NCBI RefSeq assembly: GCF_009834535.1
Contig: NC_045697.1
Span: forward strand, 1,118,001-1,182,000
Reading direction: 5' to 3'
Source: Camelus ferus
Taxonomy: Eukaryota
Length of the DNA: 64,000 nt
This document shows, piece after piece, positions 37,550-49,769 of the stretch (the stretch's first letter is position 1; each line of letters starts with the position of its first letter). The translations under genes and the position numbers were made by a program. The notes beneath the pieces were generated by a model. The model was not told where the DNA came from. It ran no database searches and worked only from the letters and a program-made list of their open reading frames with translations.

Positions 37550-39980
37550 ATGAAAATCCTATTTCTCTCTTTAGTTCTGTCAATTTCTGCTTCAAGTATT
37601 CTAGAATTCTCTTATTAGGCACATTCAGATAGAGGACTGTGCGTCTCCTTGATGAGTCAGTCTTCCCTCACTATGAGATGTTCCTCTTTATTTCTAGTAA
37701 CACTCTCTGTTTTGCAGTGTAAGCTTCCCATCTTGGTATTTGATTTTCATTTACCCCATTTGCATTTTGTTCTGTCTCTCCTTTCTTGAATTCCTTTGGA
37801 TGAATCACGTATTTTTTAATATCCCATTTTGTTGCCTCCATTGATTTTTTAAGCTATACTTCTTTTGGAGTTGTTTTAGAGGCTGCTCAAGAAATTGCAA
37901 CATGCATCCTTAAGTCATCATAGTCTACCTTTAAATAATATTACAGTACTTGACCAACAGTGTAAGGACCTGAAAATAGTGTAACTGCATTTACTCCCCT
38001 TCCCACCTTTTGTACTTTTTAGTGCCTTATATTTTACTTCTATGCTATACCTTCAAAAAAAACCTTAAATCTTTTCAAGAATTCAAAATTCTATAGAAGC
38101 TACCTATAGAACCATATAAAGCATATATAAAATAAACTATGTAAAATAAAGGTTAAGTTTTTTTTTTAATACTTACCCTGACATTTACCTGTTCTGGTGC
38201 TCTTTTATCATTTCTCTTGAGCCTGAAGAACTTCTTTTACTATTTCTAGTAGAGCAGGTCTACTGAGACAAATTCTTTAAAATTTTGTAAATCTTAAATT
38301 GTCTCCATTTTGCCTTAATTTTTGAAAGCTGATTTCTGGGCATGGAAATTTAGACTGAGTGTTTCTTTCAGCATGGTAAGGCTGGCTGTTCCATTATCTT
38401 CTGGTCTCTGCTGTTTCTGGAAAAAGTTAGTTGTAGTTTGTATTGTTCTTTGTATACGTTCTCTGGTGGCTTTCAAGGTTCTCTTTATCTTTGGTTTTCA
38501 TGGGTTTGACTTAAATGTGCCTAATGTGCAGTTTTCTTTGTTTTTAACATATTTAGGCCTTGTTGAGCATTTTGAATATGTAGATTGGGTTATTTAATCA
38601 ATTTGGGAAAGTTCTCAGCCATTATACCTTCAACTATTTCTTCCACCTCATTCTCTCTGTCCTTGTGAGATGTCAAATTTGCACAGATTAGACCATTTGA
38701 CATTGACTGATCTGACTATTGATCTTGGACTCTCTTTGTTTATCACTTCTTTTCTCTTTATATTTCATTTTGGACACTTTCTGTTGGCCAGTCTTCAAGC
38801 TCATGGATTCTTTCCTATACTGAGTCAGTCTGCTGTGAAGCTGAACAATGGATTCTTCAGTTTCGATACTGGATTTTCATCTCTTACAATTCTATTTGCA
38901 TTCTTTCTATAGTTTTCACATCTCTCTTAAAATTAGCCATCTCAACACATATTGTCTACCTGTTTATTTAGATCCTTTAGTATTTTTTTTATCATAATTC
39001 AAAATATTTCTTCTGGTAGTTCCAATACCTGGGCCATCTCTTTGGCTGACTTCTATTGTTTGCTTACTTTCTTGGTCAAAACTCATATTTTCTTACTTCT
39101 TCTTAGGTCTTTCTTAAAATTAAAAAAAAAATTATTTGCTAGACATTTTGCATAAAAGGACAGTAGAGACTTAAGTAAATATTCACTTCCTAAAAACGAC
39201 CTGCCATTTCTTATGTCGGGTATTAGAGTCGGGAGCAGTCAACTTGATCTGTGGTTGGGCTGGGTCTGGACTTTATTGCAATTTTAGTTTGATTCAGTTC
39301 ACTATTGGTTTGGAATATTTTGAGAGTGGGGCCAAATATTTTTCCCTTCTGAGGGGTCTAGAGTCTGAGAACTGGCACAACTGCAGGGCTTCCTGGAGCT
39401 CTGTAGTTAAGCTGTCAGTGCTTCGGGCCACAGAAGATCTCTTTTTGCATCACAAAGCGGCAGTTGGTCGCTCTCTGGGTTGCTAAGAAGAGCAGTGTGC
39501 CCTTCAGCCCCACCCCAGCTTCCGCACCAGGGAGCGGGCCTCTGCCAGGCGTCCTGGAGGGCTTTCTCCCAGGCTTCTGCCCTAGAGCAGCCTTTAGCAG
39601 ATGACGGTTCAGAACACCTTGGGTCGATTTGTCTCAGCTGCCCTGCCCTGCCCCCAGCTTTGGCCCTAGACACTTCGTGAGGACTCATGGGAATGAGCTG
39701 ATGAATGATGGAATCCGTACCTGGGGCCTTTTGGAATCCTGTCACCCCAGCCCCCGTGTGATTAAGGCTTAGCTGGCCTCTCCTTCCTGCCACTCCACCG
39801 GGGGTGAGGGGAGCCAGGAGCTGCTTCTTTTTGGCGAAGGGCTCATCACTTTCTGGAGCTCTGCTGACTTAGCTGTATCCTCAGCTCTCTGGTGAGTTTA
39901 GAAAAACCGATTTTATAGTCTACTTATCTTGGTTTGATTGTTAGGGTTAGAGCAATATGCTCTTGTCATTTTTTTATATC
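37550..39980 (-). mobile_element. Old L1M 5' half (ORF2 start, inter-ORF, ORF1, 5'UTR), antisense
   Basis: T-rich strings 'tttagttctgtcaatttctgcttcaagtattctag', 'aatttgggaaagttctcagccattata', 'gtctgctgtgaagctgaacaatggattcttcagtttc'. Confidence 0.7.
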
Positions 39981-40454
39981 TTAGCTAGAAATTCATCTTT
40001 TAATTTTCTCATGAATTACAAATTTAGAAAACCAAAGTAGCTATGTTTCAGGACACATACTCCAGCACAGGACGAGGTGTGCATCGGGGGAGGAGGGGGG
40101 AAGTCACACTAACTTTCAAGGGAGTGCAGCTGTGAACTTGCTTCCACCACCACGTGGCCGGGCGACGAGGTCCCTACGCCACGATGTTCCCAGGAGAGTC
40201 TTCAGCGGCAATGCAACAGAGCTGCCCTACGAAGCTGGCCTTCCAGGCAGAGAGTATCTCGGGTGTCACTGAAAGTCCGCCGAGAGTACCTGGAGCACTC
40301 ATGTGATTCTCTGCAACGCTCATCTGCTTACTCCGAGATTACTGAAGCCCAGAACAACTCAGTAACGAAGCAGGTAAGATGCGGTATTCAGACTCATCTT
40401 TTACAGAAACGTACATAAATGTTGACAAAACGAGTGGCTGCCTCTTTGCTGCAC

Positions 40455-42470
40455 AGTAAGGACAGGCTAGGCTCTGCTCAGAGGCTAACACAAACAAACA
40501 GGCGCTCACTTCTTGTTCATGTGGCACGTCCACCATGGGTGAGCAGAGGCTCTGCTCCGTGGAATCTGTGTTCTGTGATTCAGGAGTAGAGCCAGCCTAC
40601 ATCTGGAACACTGACGGCCGTCATGGCAGAGGAAGAGGAAAATACGCATAACCACGTGCTGGCTCTTAAATTTTCACCCATCCGAGACAAGTATCACTTC
40701 TGTTCACAGGTCGTTGGTTGCAGGTCACGTGGCCGAGCCTGAGTCGATGACGATGAACAAGGGAGCACAGGCTTCCTCTACAGAGGAATAACAAATGCTT
40801 CCAGACAATAATACATTCTACCACGCCCACCCTTCTGATCGCATGTGTCTGCCTTCCTCCCCCTTGCCAAGGGAGACGATCCAAAGTCTCACCTGATGGG
40901 GCTTCAGGGTTTTGTGATCATCTTCATATCAGGTCCCGTTGGGGCTCCTCTTGATCTGGAGGCCAGTGAACTAAAAGGTCAAGTCCACCTTTCACTCCAC
41001 ACATGTGACATGCAGTGGTGGGGCAGGGACAGGATGACCACACAAATGCTCCTATTTGGAAAGGGGAGGGGTGGGAGACACGTGGGCGCCACCGGTCCAG
41101 GGCAACTGCAGTCTCACCGGGCAGGTGCTGAGGGGCCTTCTCGAGGGGGTGAGATACCCTTGCTCAGTCCCTTGCTTTCCAAGGCCGTTTGCTCCACTGC
41201 CGGGACTTCCTTGTCTGCTGTCTTTCTTGGCCACATGTAAGCGGGCACTGAAGGACTTTCTTTCCTTGGCAGAGTGAGCATATTTCTCAGACTGCTTCTT
41301 GCCCATAGAAAACATGGCGCCCAAGGTTTGCTTTAGGTCTCAAGCAATCAGTGTCTTTTAGCCCTGGCTGGGGGCTCTTGGGGAAGCATAGCTCTCAGAA
41401 AGCACCATCCGTTCTATCTGACTCCAGTCGGCTGCATGTGCCCACAGACACACCCACACCTCATTTAGAGACGCATCCTCTGTCCAGACTGCACCACAGG
41501 CGTCTGAAGCTTCGGAACCTGCAGGAAAGCTACCGTTAGTCTCTTCCTTCCAGAGCCATGCTGTCTAACCATAAGGATTTATGGATGCTACCCTAATTCT
41601 TTCGGAGATGTTAACAGTGGGCACTGAAACCATACCTTTAATTTGTTAAAGGCAGTGTTTTAATTGGCCTTGTTGCTCAAAGCACTTTTCAAATTCATCT
41701 TTTGCTGGTTGGGCATGAGAATCATTTCTATATACAAATGTGTAAAACTCCAATTTTCTGGAATCTCCTTATTCCTTCCCATTCTGACGTGTAACACCGG
41801 CCAGTTCTTTTCCGAGTTTGTTTCTTACAGTACCTTGTCGCATGCAGACAACAGCAACCGAAGCACGTTCCAGCGCCCTGTTGGCCACTCTGCCCAAGGC
41901 TCAGCTCCGCAGGGAATTACCCGCTTCACAAGCTATCACAGGCGGCAGTTTTATCAAATGTTACACCATTTACCAGGTAAATCCTCCAGGCTCCAATAAA
42001 CATCTCCCCACTGGCCCCAAGCATCTCCCGTCACCTGGCCCCGAAGCCAGTGCCACATGCTTTGGGGTTCACGGTGGCAGCCCCTTACTTCTGGCACTAA
42101 GTCTGGTAGACACCATGGAGGGCCACGGTATCCTGCCTTTCTGCAGCACTCTGAAACCTCACTGCCTACAGCAAGAATGCTTTCTCTCTCACCTTCACCA
42201 GCCTTCCGTCACAGGCTGGTCCACCGTTTGTAACGCAGGATGACGGCACGGCCTCTGCCAACTGTGCAGCTGCGGCCACGTGAGAAAATAGAGCAAGAGG
42301 AGCCGCGTGCAGTTTCTGAAAGCCTCAGCTTCGGAGACACACGTCACTTCTGCGTACATTTTATTAGCCAGAGCAAGCCACACGCCCGAGTCTGCCACCT
42401 CCCGGGTAGGGAAGCACCGCCTTCCCCCAGGGATGGGGAGCGGCCCCCAGCACCACACCTGCTTTACGAG
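40455..42470 (-). mobile_element. MaLR provirus remnant: MLT1(J/K-like) LTR, internal region, LTR
   Basis: LTR-like 40455-40823 ('tcacttctgttcacaggtcgttggttgcaggtcacgtggcc'); MLT1-int-like 'gaactaaaaggtcaagt...gctcctatttggaaagggg'; second LTR ~42090-42470 ('cgtcacttctgcgtacattttattagccagagcaagccacacg'). Confidence 0.6.
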
Positions 42471-43329
42471 GGAACAGCTTAGAAAAGCACCCAAGAAAAG
42501 TCTTAAGCAGAAGAAAAACTAGTATATTCTCCAGTGAACAGTTATTTTTTAAGTTTCAGTCTGAAAATGTTGAGGTGAATGTACAACAGATAAGAAATGC
42601 TTTTTATCTGCACTTTGTAAAACTTTTAGGAAACCACCTGACTGGGCACATATGTAATGATTCCTGCGAGGAAGGCCGCCTCAGTGCAGACCGGCTGCGT
42701 CCTCCGCGGGCACCAGGACACGCTGGCACTGGAGCAGGCGGCTCTGAGCCCCGGACGCGGCTCTGCGCTACCCCATGGGCCGGCCCAGCGCGCTGGGCTC
42801 CAGGCTTTCATTGGTCACGTCATAGCTTTGCAGAGCATCTCTAAGACTTCTTCCAAGCCTCCATTTTTGTATACAATCTACATATTCTCAAAGGTTGTTC
42901 AAGAAAACTGTTATTCTCTGAAAATGCTACTAAATATTTCAGAAAATAACATCGAATTGCCTTTTTGCTTTTTGTGCTTCAAAAAAATAAGGCATTTACA
43001 TGAAACAAACATTCTTAAGAGTGTGTTTGATCTTGCTGCTGTTTTACCATGTGCTATTCCAGTCCTCTGTTTGGAACATAAAAGCCATTTCCAAAGCAAC
43101 TAATTACAGTATAAGTCACAAGTGCTGGATTGCTGCGCTGGTAGGGAATTAGGGGCCACCATCGTGCAAATATCAAAAGCTTCTTATTTTTGAAGTTCTC
43201 CCCAAATCTAGTTTGTGATAAATAAAACGCAGGAAGGCAGACACAGGACCGAGCACAGAAGCGAGCTTCTCAAGCCGCCTTCGTGAGTGGCCAGCTGAAC
43301 GGGAACCCGAAGCGGATTACTTCCTGCCC

Positions 43330-45170
43330 GGTACTTCATGCCTTTCTCAGAAACCAGCCGAGAAGGGTCTGGTCCTGGCTCTCCTTTCCGTTCCACTGGT
43401 CTGTGTGTCTTCCCTGCCAGCACCACGCTCTCCTGGCGGTTGCATGCTAGGTCTTAACATCAGGTACTGATTCCTCCCACTTCACTCTTTGTCGAGATGG
43501 ATTTAGCTGTTCTAGGGCCTGTGTTTTCATCTAAATTCTAGGATAAGCTTGTCTTATGTCCACAAAAAACTTGCTTGGGTTTTACCAAGGATTACGTTAA
43601 ACTTACGGATCAATTCAGGGAGAACTGACATACTTCCCCTGTTGAGTCTTCCATTTCACGCACACACACTGTCATTCCACTTATCAGATCTTCTTTGATT
43701 TCTTTCATCAGCATTTTGTAACTTTAGACACACAGATCCTATATATATATTGTCCAACCGAATACTTAAGTGTTTATCTTTGCAGTGAATGTAAATGGTA
43801 TTGCATTTTACATTTCAATTTATGCATGTTTGTTGTCAGTTCATAGAAATGCGATTTTGAGTTTTACGTGTGATACCGTGTCTTGCACCCTTGCTAAACT
43901 CATTTATTAGTTCTAGGAGTTAAAAAATGTTTTTTTTCTTGTATATTCTTTGAGAATTTCTACATAGACAATCATATCACTATAAATGGAGACGGTTTTA
44001 TTTCTTCCTTCCCAACTTGCACTGTTTATTTCTTTTCTTTGCCTTATTTAGTGGCCAGGACTTCAATATTCAATATTAATAAGTTGTTGCTGATCTTAGG
44101 GGGAAAGAATCAGCCTTTCACCATTAAATATGATATTAGCTGTCAGGTTTTACAGACGTTCTTTGTCAAGTTGGGGTTGTTCCCTCTCCTTCTAAACTGC
44201 TACTGAGAATTTTCATGATGAATGAAAATTACATTTTGTCAAATGCTTTGTCTTGGTCAATTGATATAATTATTTTCATTCTTTAGCTTGATCACATGGT
44301 GGATTACACTGACTGATTTTCACATGTTAAACCAGCCTTGCACACCTGGAATAAAATCCCACTTGGACACAGTGTGTAATTACTTACAGACATAGTTACA
44401 GATTTGGTTTGCTAATATTTTGCTGAGGGTTTTTGCATCTAAGTTCAGGAGTGATTGTGGTCTGTAGAGGGGTTTTGCTTTGTTTTATTTTGTATTTACT
44501 CTCAATGGTTTTAGTATCAGGGTAACACTGGCTTCACAGAACGACTGGGAAGTATTCCTTCCTCTTCTGTTTTCCGGAAGAGGCTGCATACAACTGGTGT
44601 TAATTCATTAACTGTTTGGTAAAATACTCCGTGGAAGGCATTTGGCTCTGGGGATTTCCTTTTCGGGAGATTTTAAACTACAAGTTCAATTTCTTTAACA
44701 GTTACAGGACTATCCAGGTTACCTATTTCACCTTAGTTGGGTTTTGATTGTGGTTCTCGAGAAACCGGTCCGTTTCTCCTAAATCGCTGGGTCTTTGAGC
44801 ATCAAGCTGCTCCCAGCGGCCCCTCTGACAGCTGCGGAGGCCCTGCTAACGCCCTCTGCTCCGCTCCTGGCGCTGATGCTTTGTGTCTTCCCTATTTTAA
44901 TTTTTGTCAGTCTTGCTAGAGTTGATCAACTTTATTGATTTTTCAGAGAATTGGGTTGTGCTTCATTGATTTTCTCTATTGATTTCCCATCTTCAGTTTC
45001 ACAGATTTCTGCTCTTATCTTCATTATTTCCTTACTCCTTTTTTTCAGGTTCTTGAGCTAGAAAGTCAGGTGATTTATCCAAGGTCTCTCCTCATCTCTG
45101 ACGTGAGCTTTAGGGTGGGGCTGCGCCTTCCCTCCTGGCACTGCTTCCGCTGCATCCTTTGCCTGATGCC
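43330..45170 (-). mobile_element. Old L1M ORF2 antisense remnant
   Basis: 'gatcaattcagggagaactgacat...tttctacatagacaatcat...ccagccttgcacacctggaataaaatcccacttgg' is reverse-complement L1 ORF2. Confidence 0.85.
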
Positions 45171-45589
45171 TTGGCAGAAATGTTTTGCTGTAACACTTGT
45201 TTAACAGCAGTCAGAGTAGCTTTGGGCCCATTGAACAAAGAACGTGCTTGGGGATCTGCGCACAGACACTCGCCTTCAATCACAGACAGACTCTGCCACA
45301 CACCGTAAAGGAGAGTACACAGAGTGCTGTTCCATCAAAGCACTGAGGTGGCAACAAAGCCCAGGTGTGAACCAAACAAGCAAAATACTCTTCCTGACCA
45401 AGTAGGAACCATCACCTATCTCTCTCACCTCTGGAGAGAGGGCAGGGGGGTTATTAAATCTATCACATGCCTTAAAAATCCCGTTCTCTTATACCCTAAC
45501 TGGAGAGAAAGTGAGACAGAAGAAGGCCCATCTTCCGGGAGGAAGCACCCAGAGAAAGTTGCGTGAGCCAGACACTGCCAGGTGCACCT

Positions 45590-46510
45590 GCGTAAAGGTG
45601 CAGAGGAGGGAAAGAGACAGAGACAGAGAGTAAGACAGACGCCCAACGCTGGCCGTCATCAGGGAACGTGAATCCAGACCGCAAAGACCCCGCTTCACAC
45701 CCACGAGGATGGCTGCAGTCAAAAGACAGACAATGAGAAGTGCTGGTGAGAAGGTGGACAAATCAGAAGCCAGCACACTGCCTGTGGGTGTACAAGGGTG
45801 CCGCTTTTTGGGAAACTAGTTCAGCAATTCCTCAATAAATTAAGTACAGTCACCACTGAACTGTACGTTTTAAAATAGTTAAGATGGTAAATTTTATGTT
45901 AGGTTATTTTACCACATTAAAAAGTTAAACACAGAATTACTATGACACAGAAATTCTACTCCTAGGTATCTACCCAAGAGAAATGAAAACTTATTTCCAC
46001 ATGAAACCTTGTACATGAATGCTCATAGCAGTATTATTCACAACAGCCAAAAGGTGGGCACAACCCAAATGCCCATCAGCTCATGAATGGATAAGCAAAT
46101 GGAGTATCATTTGTTTGCTTATACTGAAATACAAAGAATACACTACTCCACAGAATGCAGTATTATTCAGCCATAAAAAGGAATCAGCACTGACATACAC
46201 TCAACCTGGACGAACCTCGGCAGCGTGAGGCTCAGTGGAAGGGGACAGGCGCTGACAGAGCCCCACGCCGCGTGATTCCAGTAACGTGACACGCCCAGAA
46301 CAGACAAACGTGGGGACACAGAAAGCAGCCTCGTGGCTTCCATGGGGGACAGAAGAGCAGGGTTTCTCTTTAGGGAGGTGGAAGCATTCAAGAGCTGGAC
46401 AGCGATGATGGTTGCAAAACCTTGCGAATGGCCTAAAACCCGCTGAATTCACTGTAAAAGGGTGGATTTTATGGCGTGTGAATTATATCTCAATTTTAAA
46501 AAGAATAAGT
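45590..46510 (+). mobile_element. L1MB-like 3' end, with a short nested L1 3' tip at ~45850-45920
   Basis: ORF 46019..46228 LIAVLFTTAKRWAQPKCPSAHEWISKW; 3'UTR ending 'ttttatggcgtgtgaattatatctcaattttaaaaa'. Confidence 0.8.
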
Positions 46511-47193
46511 GGTGCACACCAAGGAGAAGGGCCTTTCCCCGGGAGCAGCGGGCCTGGAGGAAGCACCAGGACTTGGAGGCATGGGTCAGGGCTGCTGCCG
46601 CAGGCGGGCACGACCCCCGCAGAGCCTGTGAGCTGGGGCGGGGCTCGGGGGGCTCGGGCAGGGCCTGAGCTGCTCTTGCTGGCTTCGGGCCTCAGCACCC
46701 ACCGCACCCTGAGGAAAGGCAATCACTGTCCCAGACGGGAGGAGTTCCAGGCCTCAAATTGAAAGGAGAAAAGCCTAAGTAGGCAAAGTTTATTCCAACA
46801 AGCAATAATGAGCCGGCAGTGAGGACGAGCAGGGAGACAGTGCAGACTTGTTTTGCACCTCAGCGCATAGGAGGGCTCAGTGACTTCCCCCTCGGGCTGC
46901 TTCAGGCCCTGGGCTTTGTCATCTGGGGGGAAGGAGGGACCTGCACCTTTCACTGTTCGATACTTCTACTCCCTTCTGCAGCGATCGCCTTCTCTTCTAG
47001 TGGTGAAGAGCGATCATTTCTTTCACAATTAGGAACCTCTTGGCATCCTAGATCTCTGCTCTTCCAAAAGAGTAACTACTAGAGAAATGCATGATTTCTT
47101 TCTTACGAAAAGAGCTTTGGAAGAACTTCAGGCTTTTGAAATCATGTCAGCATCCCTAAGGATCTGATAATATTATGAGCTCATGTATCTTAC

Positions 47194-47308
47194 CACTGTG
47201 AAGTCAGGGTAGAAAATACATCGTCTCTTTCCAAGTCCTGGAATAACTTCAGAAGTTCTGGATCCCCAGATAAGTGTGCAAGGATGCGCAACTCGATCTG
47301 CGAAAAGT
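47194..47308 (-). CDS. POLN: POLN coding exon (115 nt), motif A: (D)[37 protein letters not shown](W)
   Basis: ...ctctctatctgacAG|ACTTTTCGCAGATCGAG...CACAGTG|GTaaga; DFSQIELR is A-family polymerase motif A with the catalytic Asp; phase 1 to 2. Confidence 0.97.
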
Positions 47309-47539
47309 CTGTCAGATAGAGAGCTCTGCTTAACTCAGGTCACCCACAATGTCCCCCGTTGTTGCGGCCTCCCCTGGCGAAGCTCGACCCGCCCTCCCCA
47401 ACGAATCAAGGTCAACATCCGCACCTCCCACCTGCAGGGCCCTCTGGCCTCAGGGCTCCTGGCCATCCCTGTGTCTCAAAGTCCAAGGGACCTCTTCTGC
47501 CCTCGTGGGGCTGGCAGTGCCTCCAGGGTGGGCTGTATC

Positions 47540-48020
47540 TATTCACCCCTTCATTCTGTACGTCAGAATTTTAGAAAGGGCCTACTGTGTGCCAGGCTGT
47601 GTGCTTGGGGTCCACTAGTGAACAAAACAGACAACAGTCCCTCCCACGTGGAGCCTATATTTGAGGAGAGGGAGGCAACTGGAGTGAAACGTCTGGTACG
47701 CTAGACGGCGAGAGAGGGAGTGGAAAAGAGGTCAGGGTGGGGAGGCTCAGGGCTGAGTGTGGGTAGGTAAGGTGCTGTTATAAAAAGGGCAGTGGACACC
47801 TCCTCAAGAAAGGGGTGCCCGCACCGCGGCACAGAGGTGGAGGGTTTGCGAGACGGTGTTGGGGGAAGGGGTCCAGGCAGGGCTGGTGGTTGCTGGAGGA
47901 CAGCAGAGTGACCAGCACAGCTGCGGCAGGTGAGCAAGGTGTAGCGCCGGAGGCGCCGAGGACGGTGCAGGGGTGGGCAGACTGAGCGGGACGGGGTGGC
48001 GCGGCTGGGATCTCCATGGT
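47540..48020 (-). mobile_element. L2 3' fragment
   Basis: 'gcctactgtgtgccaggctgtgtgcttgggg...gtgaacaaaacagacaacagtccctcccacgtggagcctata' is an antisense L2 3' end. Confidence 0.65.
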
Positions 48021-48222
48021 AAAGCGAAGGGACCCAGAAAGCCTGTCTGTTCTTACTTCCTGCCCATAAGAAATCTGTGCTTCATGTAAACATTTGCCCT
48101 AGGATTTAAAGCATGAGTTCTACGCGCACCTCTGAATCACTCAGCGTTTAAGTGTCTGAACTGTATGACTCACATTAAGTGAGCTGCAGGGACACACACT
48201 CCCTGCCGTGGCTCACACGTAC

Positions 48223-48300
48223 CTGCTGATAGGAAGGTGCGGCCTTCGGATGAAACAAACGCGGTCCTCGGAGAGATGGTGAGGATTTCGTCTTCTTCAC
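48223..48300 (-). CDS. POLN: POLN coding exon (78 nt), (G)EEDEILTISPRTAFVSSEGRTFLSA(D)
   Basis: ...ataacgattcAG|GTGAAGAAGAC...TCAGCAG|GTacgt; phase 1 to 1; leads directly into the motif A Asp. Confidence 0.93.
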
Positions 48301-49261
48301 CTGAATCGTTATTTCAAGAGCACTTGGTGAGTTTGGTCATGAGCGGGTTCGTAGCTACTCCTCGTACAAAGTTACTTTAACGTCATTTGAAAGTTAAGAG
48401 CCTAGATCTCTGATTTTTCTGAATATTTTTATTACTGTAATTTTAAAGTGTCGTGTTACTGCTGGGAGTACACTAGACTTTCTGTTGCTAACATTTCCTG
48501 TTCTCTCTAGAACTCTTAATGAAGAAAAGGCCAGGCACTGACACGTGGCTGTGTTCCAGCAAGAGCCACGCAGAGACCCAGCCTCACTGCCTGGAAGCTC
48601 TCCTCCGGGGAAGCACACGTCCCAAGATGTTCCACTGGGAGGACTTCAAAGGGCTGTGGGAAGCCAAGCCGCTCACGCTTGCCCTCCATGGTCCTGGTTA
48701 AGCGCAACTACGAGTGTTTTAACCAAGACTGCTCCTCGCTTCACCGTTTGGCCGTGGCCCTCGGGAAGCAGCAGTCCCCAGGCAGAGGGCGGTGGAGTTT
48801 ACGCGGTGGGGGGGCCACAGAGCCCGACTCTGCTCACATCGGACCTTTATCTTCTTCAGAAATTTAACCGTCGGCATTACGGTGGAACAGCTTACCAGAA
48901 AGGAGAGTGCTACTATGTTTTTATAAACATTTCCAGTCATTTTCAGACTTTAATAGAAGCCAGTTCTACTGTACGTCTGTCTTTCCTGTGTTGGGAAGAT
49001 GGTGGGGAGGGCTGGAAGGAGGGAGCCGCTCCTCTTGTGTAATTACCCTCTATTTTAACTTATGAACTGCTGAAAGGGAGGCGCCACACCACACAGCTGA
49101 GTTTCACTTTTCAGTGTACATTTAAATCCTGGTCATGCACATTCAGAGGGGAATTTCAGGAAAGAAAAGCACTTAGTTATATAGAAAAGCAATTACAAAC
49201 ATTCGTAGGTTTTTAAAAAATGTTACCCAAGATTTTAGCAAAGTAGAAAGAAATGTGTTAC

Positions 49262-49319
49262 CTTTAAAATTCTGAGGTTTAGTTATTTGAATTGGGTGCT
49301 TGGAGATACCTTGGATATT
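49262..49319 (-). CDS. POLN: POLN coding exon (58 nt), NIQGISKHPIQITKPQNFK(G)
   Basis: Minus strand ...cttcttattaacAG|AATATCCAAGG...TTTAAAG|GTaaca. NIQ matches the A-family (P)NLQNIP-type motif as in mammalian POLN. Phase 0 to 1 joins the 48223-48300 exon in frame. Confidence 0.93.
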
Positions 49320-49769
49320 CTGTTAATAAGAAGAGGAAAATTGCTTCAGTTGAAAATCTGCTCTTAACTTAATCTGTACCATTTAATGGTATATAAAATG
49401 TGTCACATTTTACTAAATTTTAACAAAATAACTAATGCCAGTGTATTGCACATAAGTGTATTGATACTCAATACAAGTAATACTGAAAGATAATTTTGGT
49501 GGGTGTAAACCAAGCACTGTCAGCAAACATGAGAACAGTTCTTTATGACTCCAGACTCTCCCTTATCATAACTGTGTACAGTAATTCTTTTATCAGGAGC
49601 CTGAATTACGACCTTAGCTGCCTTAATGTTCCTAGAGAATATGCTGAGCGCAGGGTTCTGTGGGATCTGTGTCCTTACTTTCCTTTAAACACACACTTTA
49701 AGATGGCTATTTGGGGGCCTCCTCTCTAACCGAGACGGCTGCTCTCGGCACTTGGTACTGCTCTCTGGC

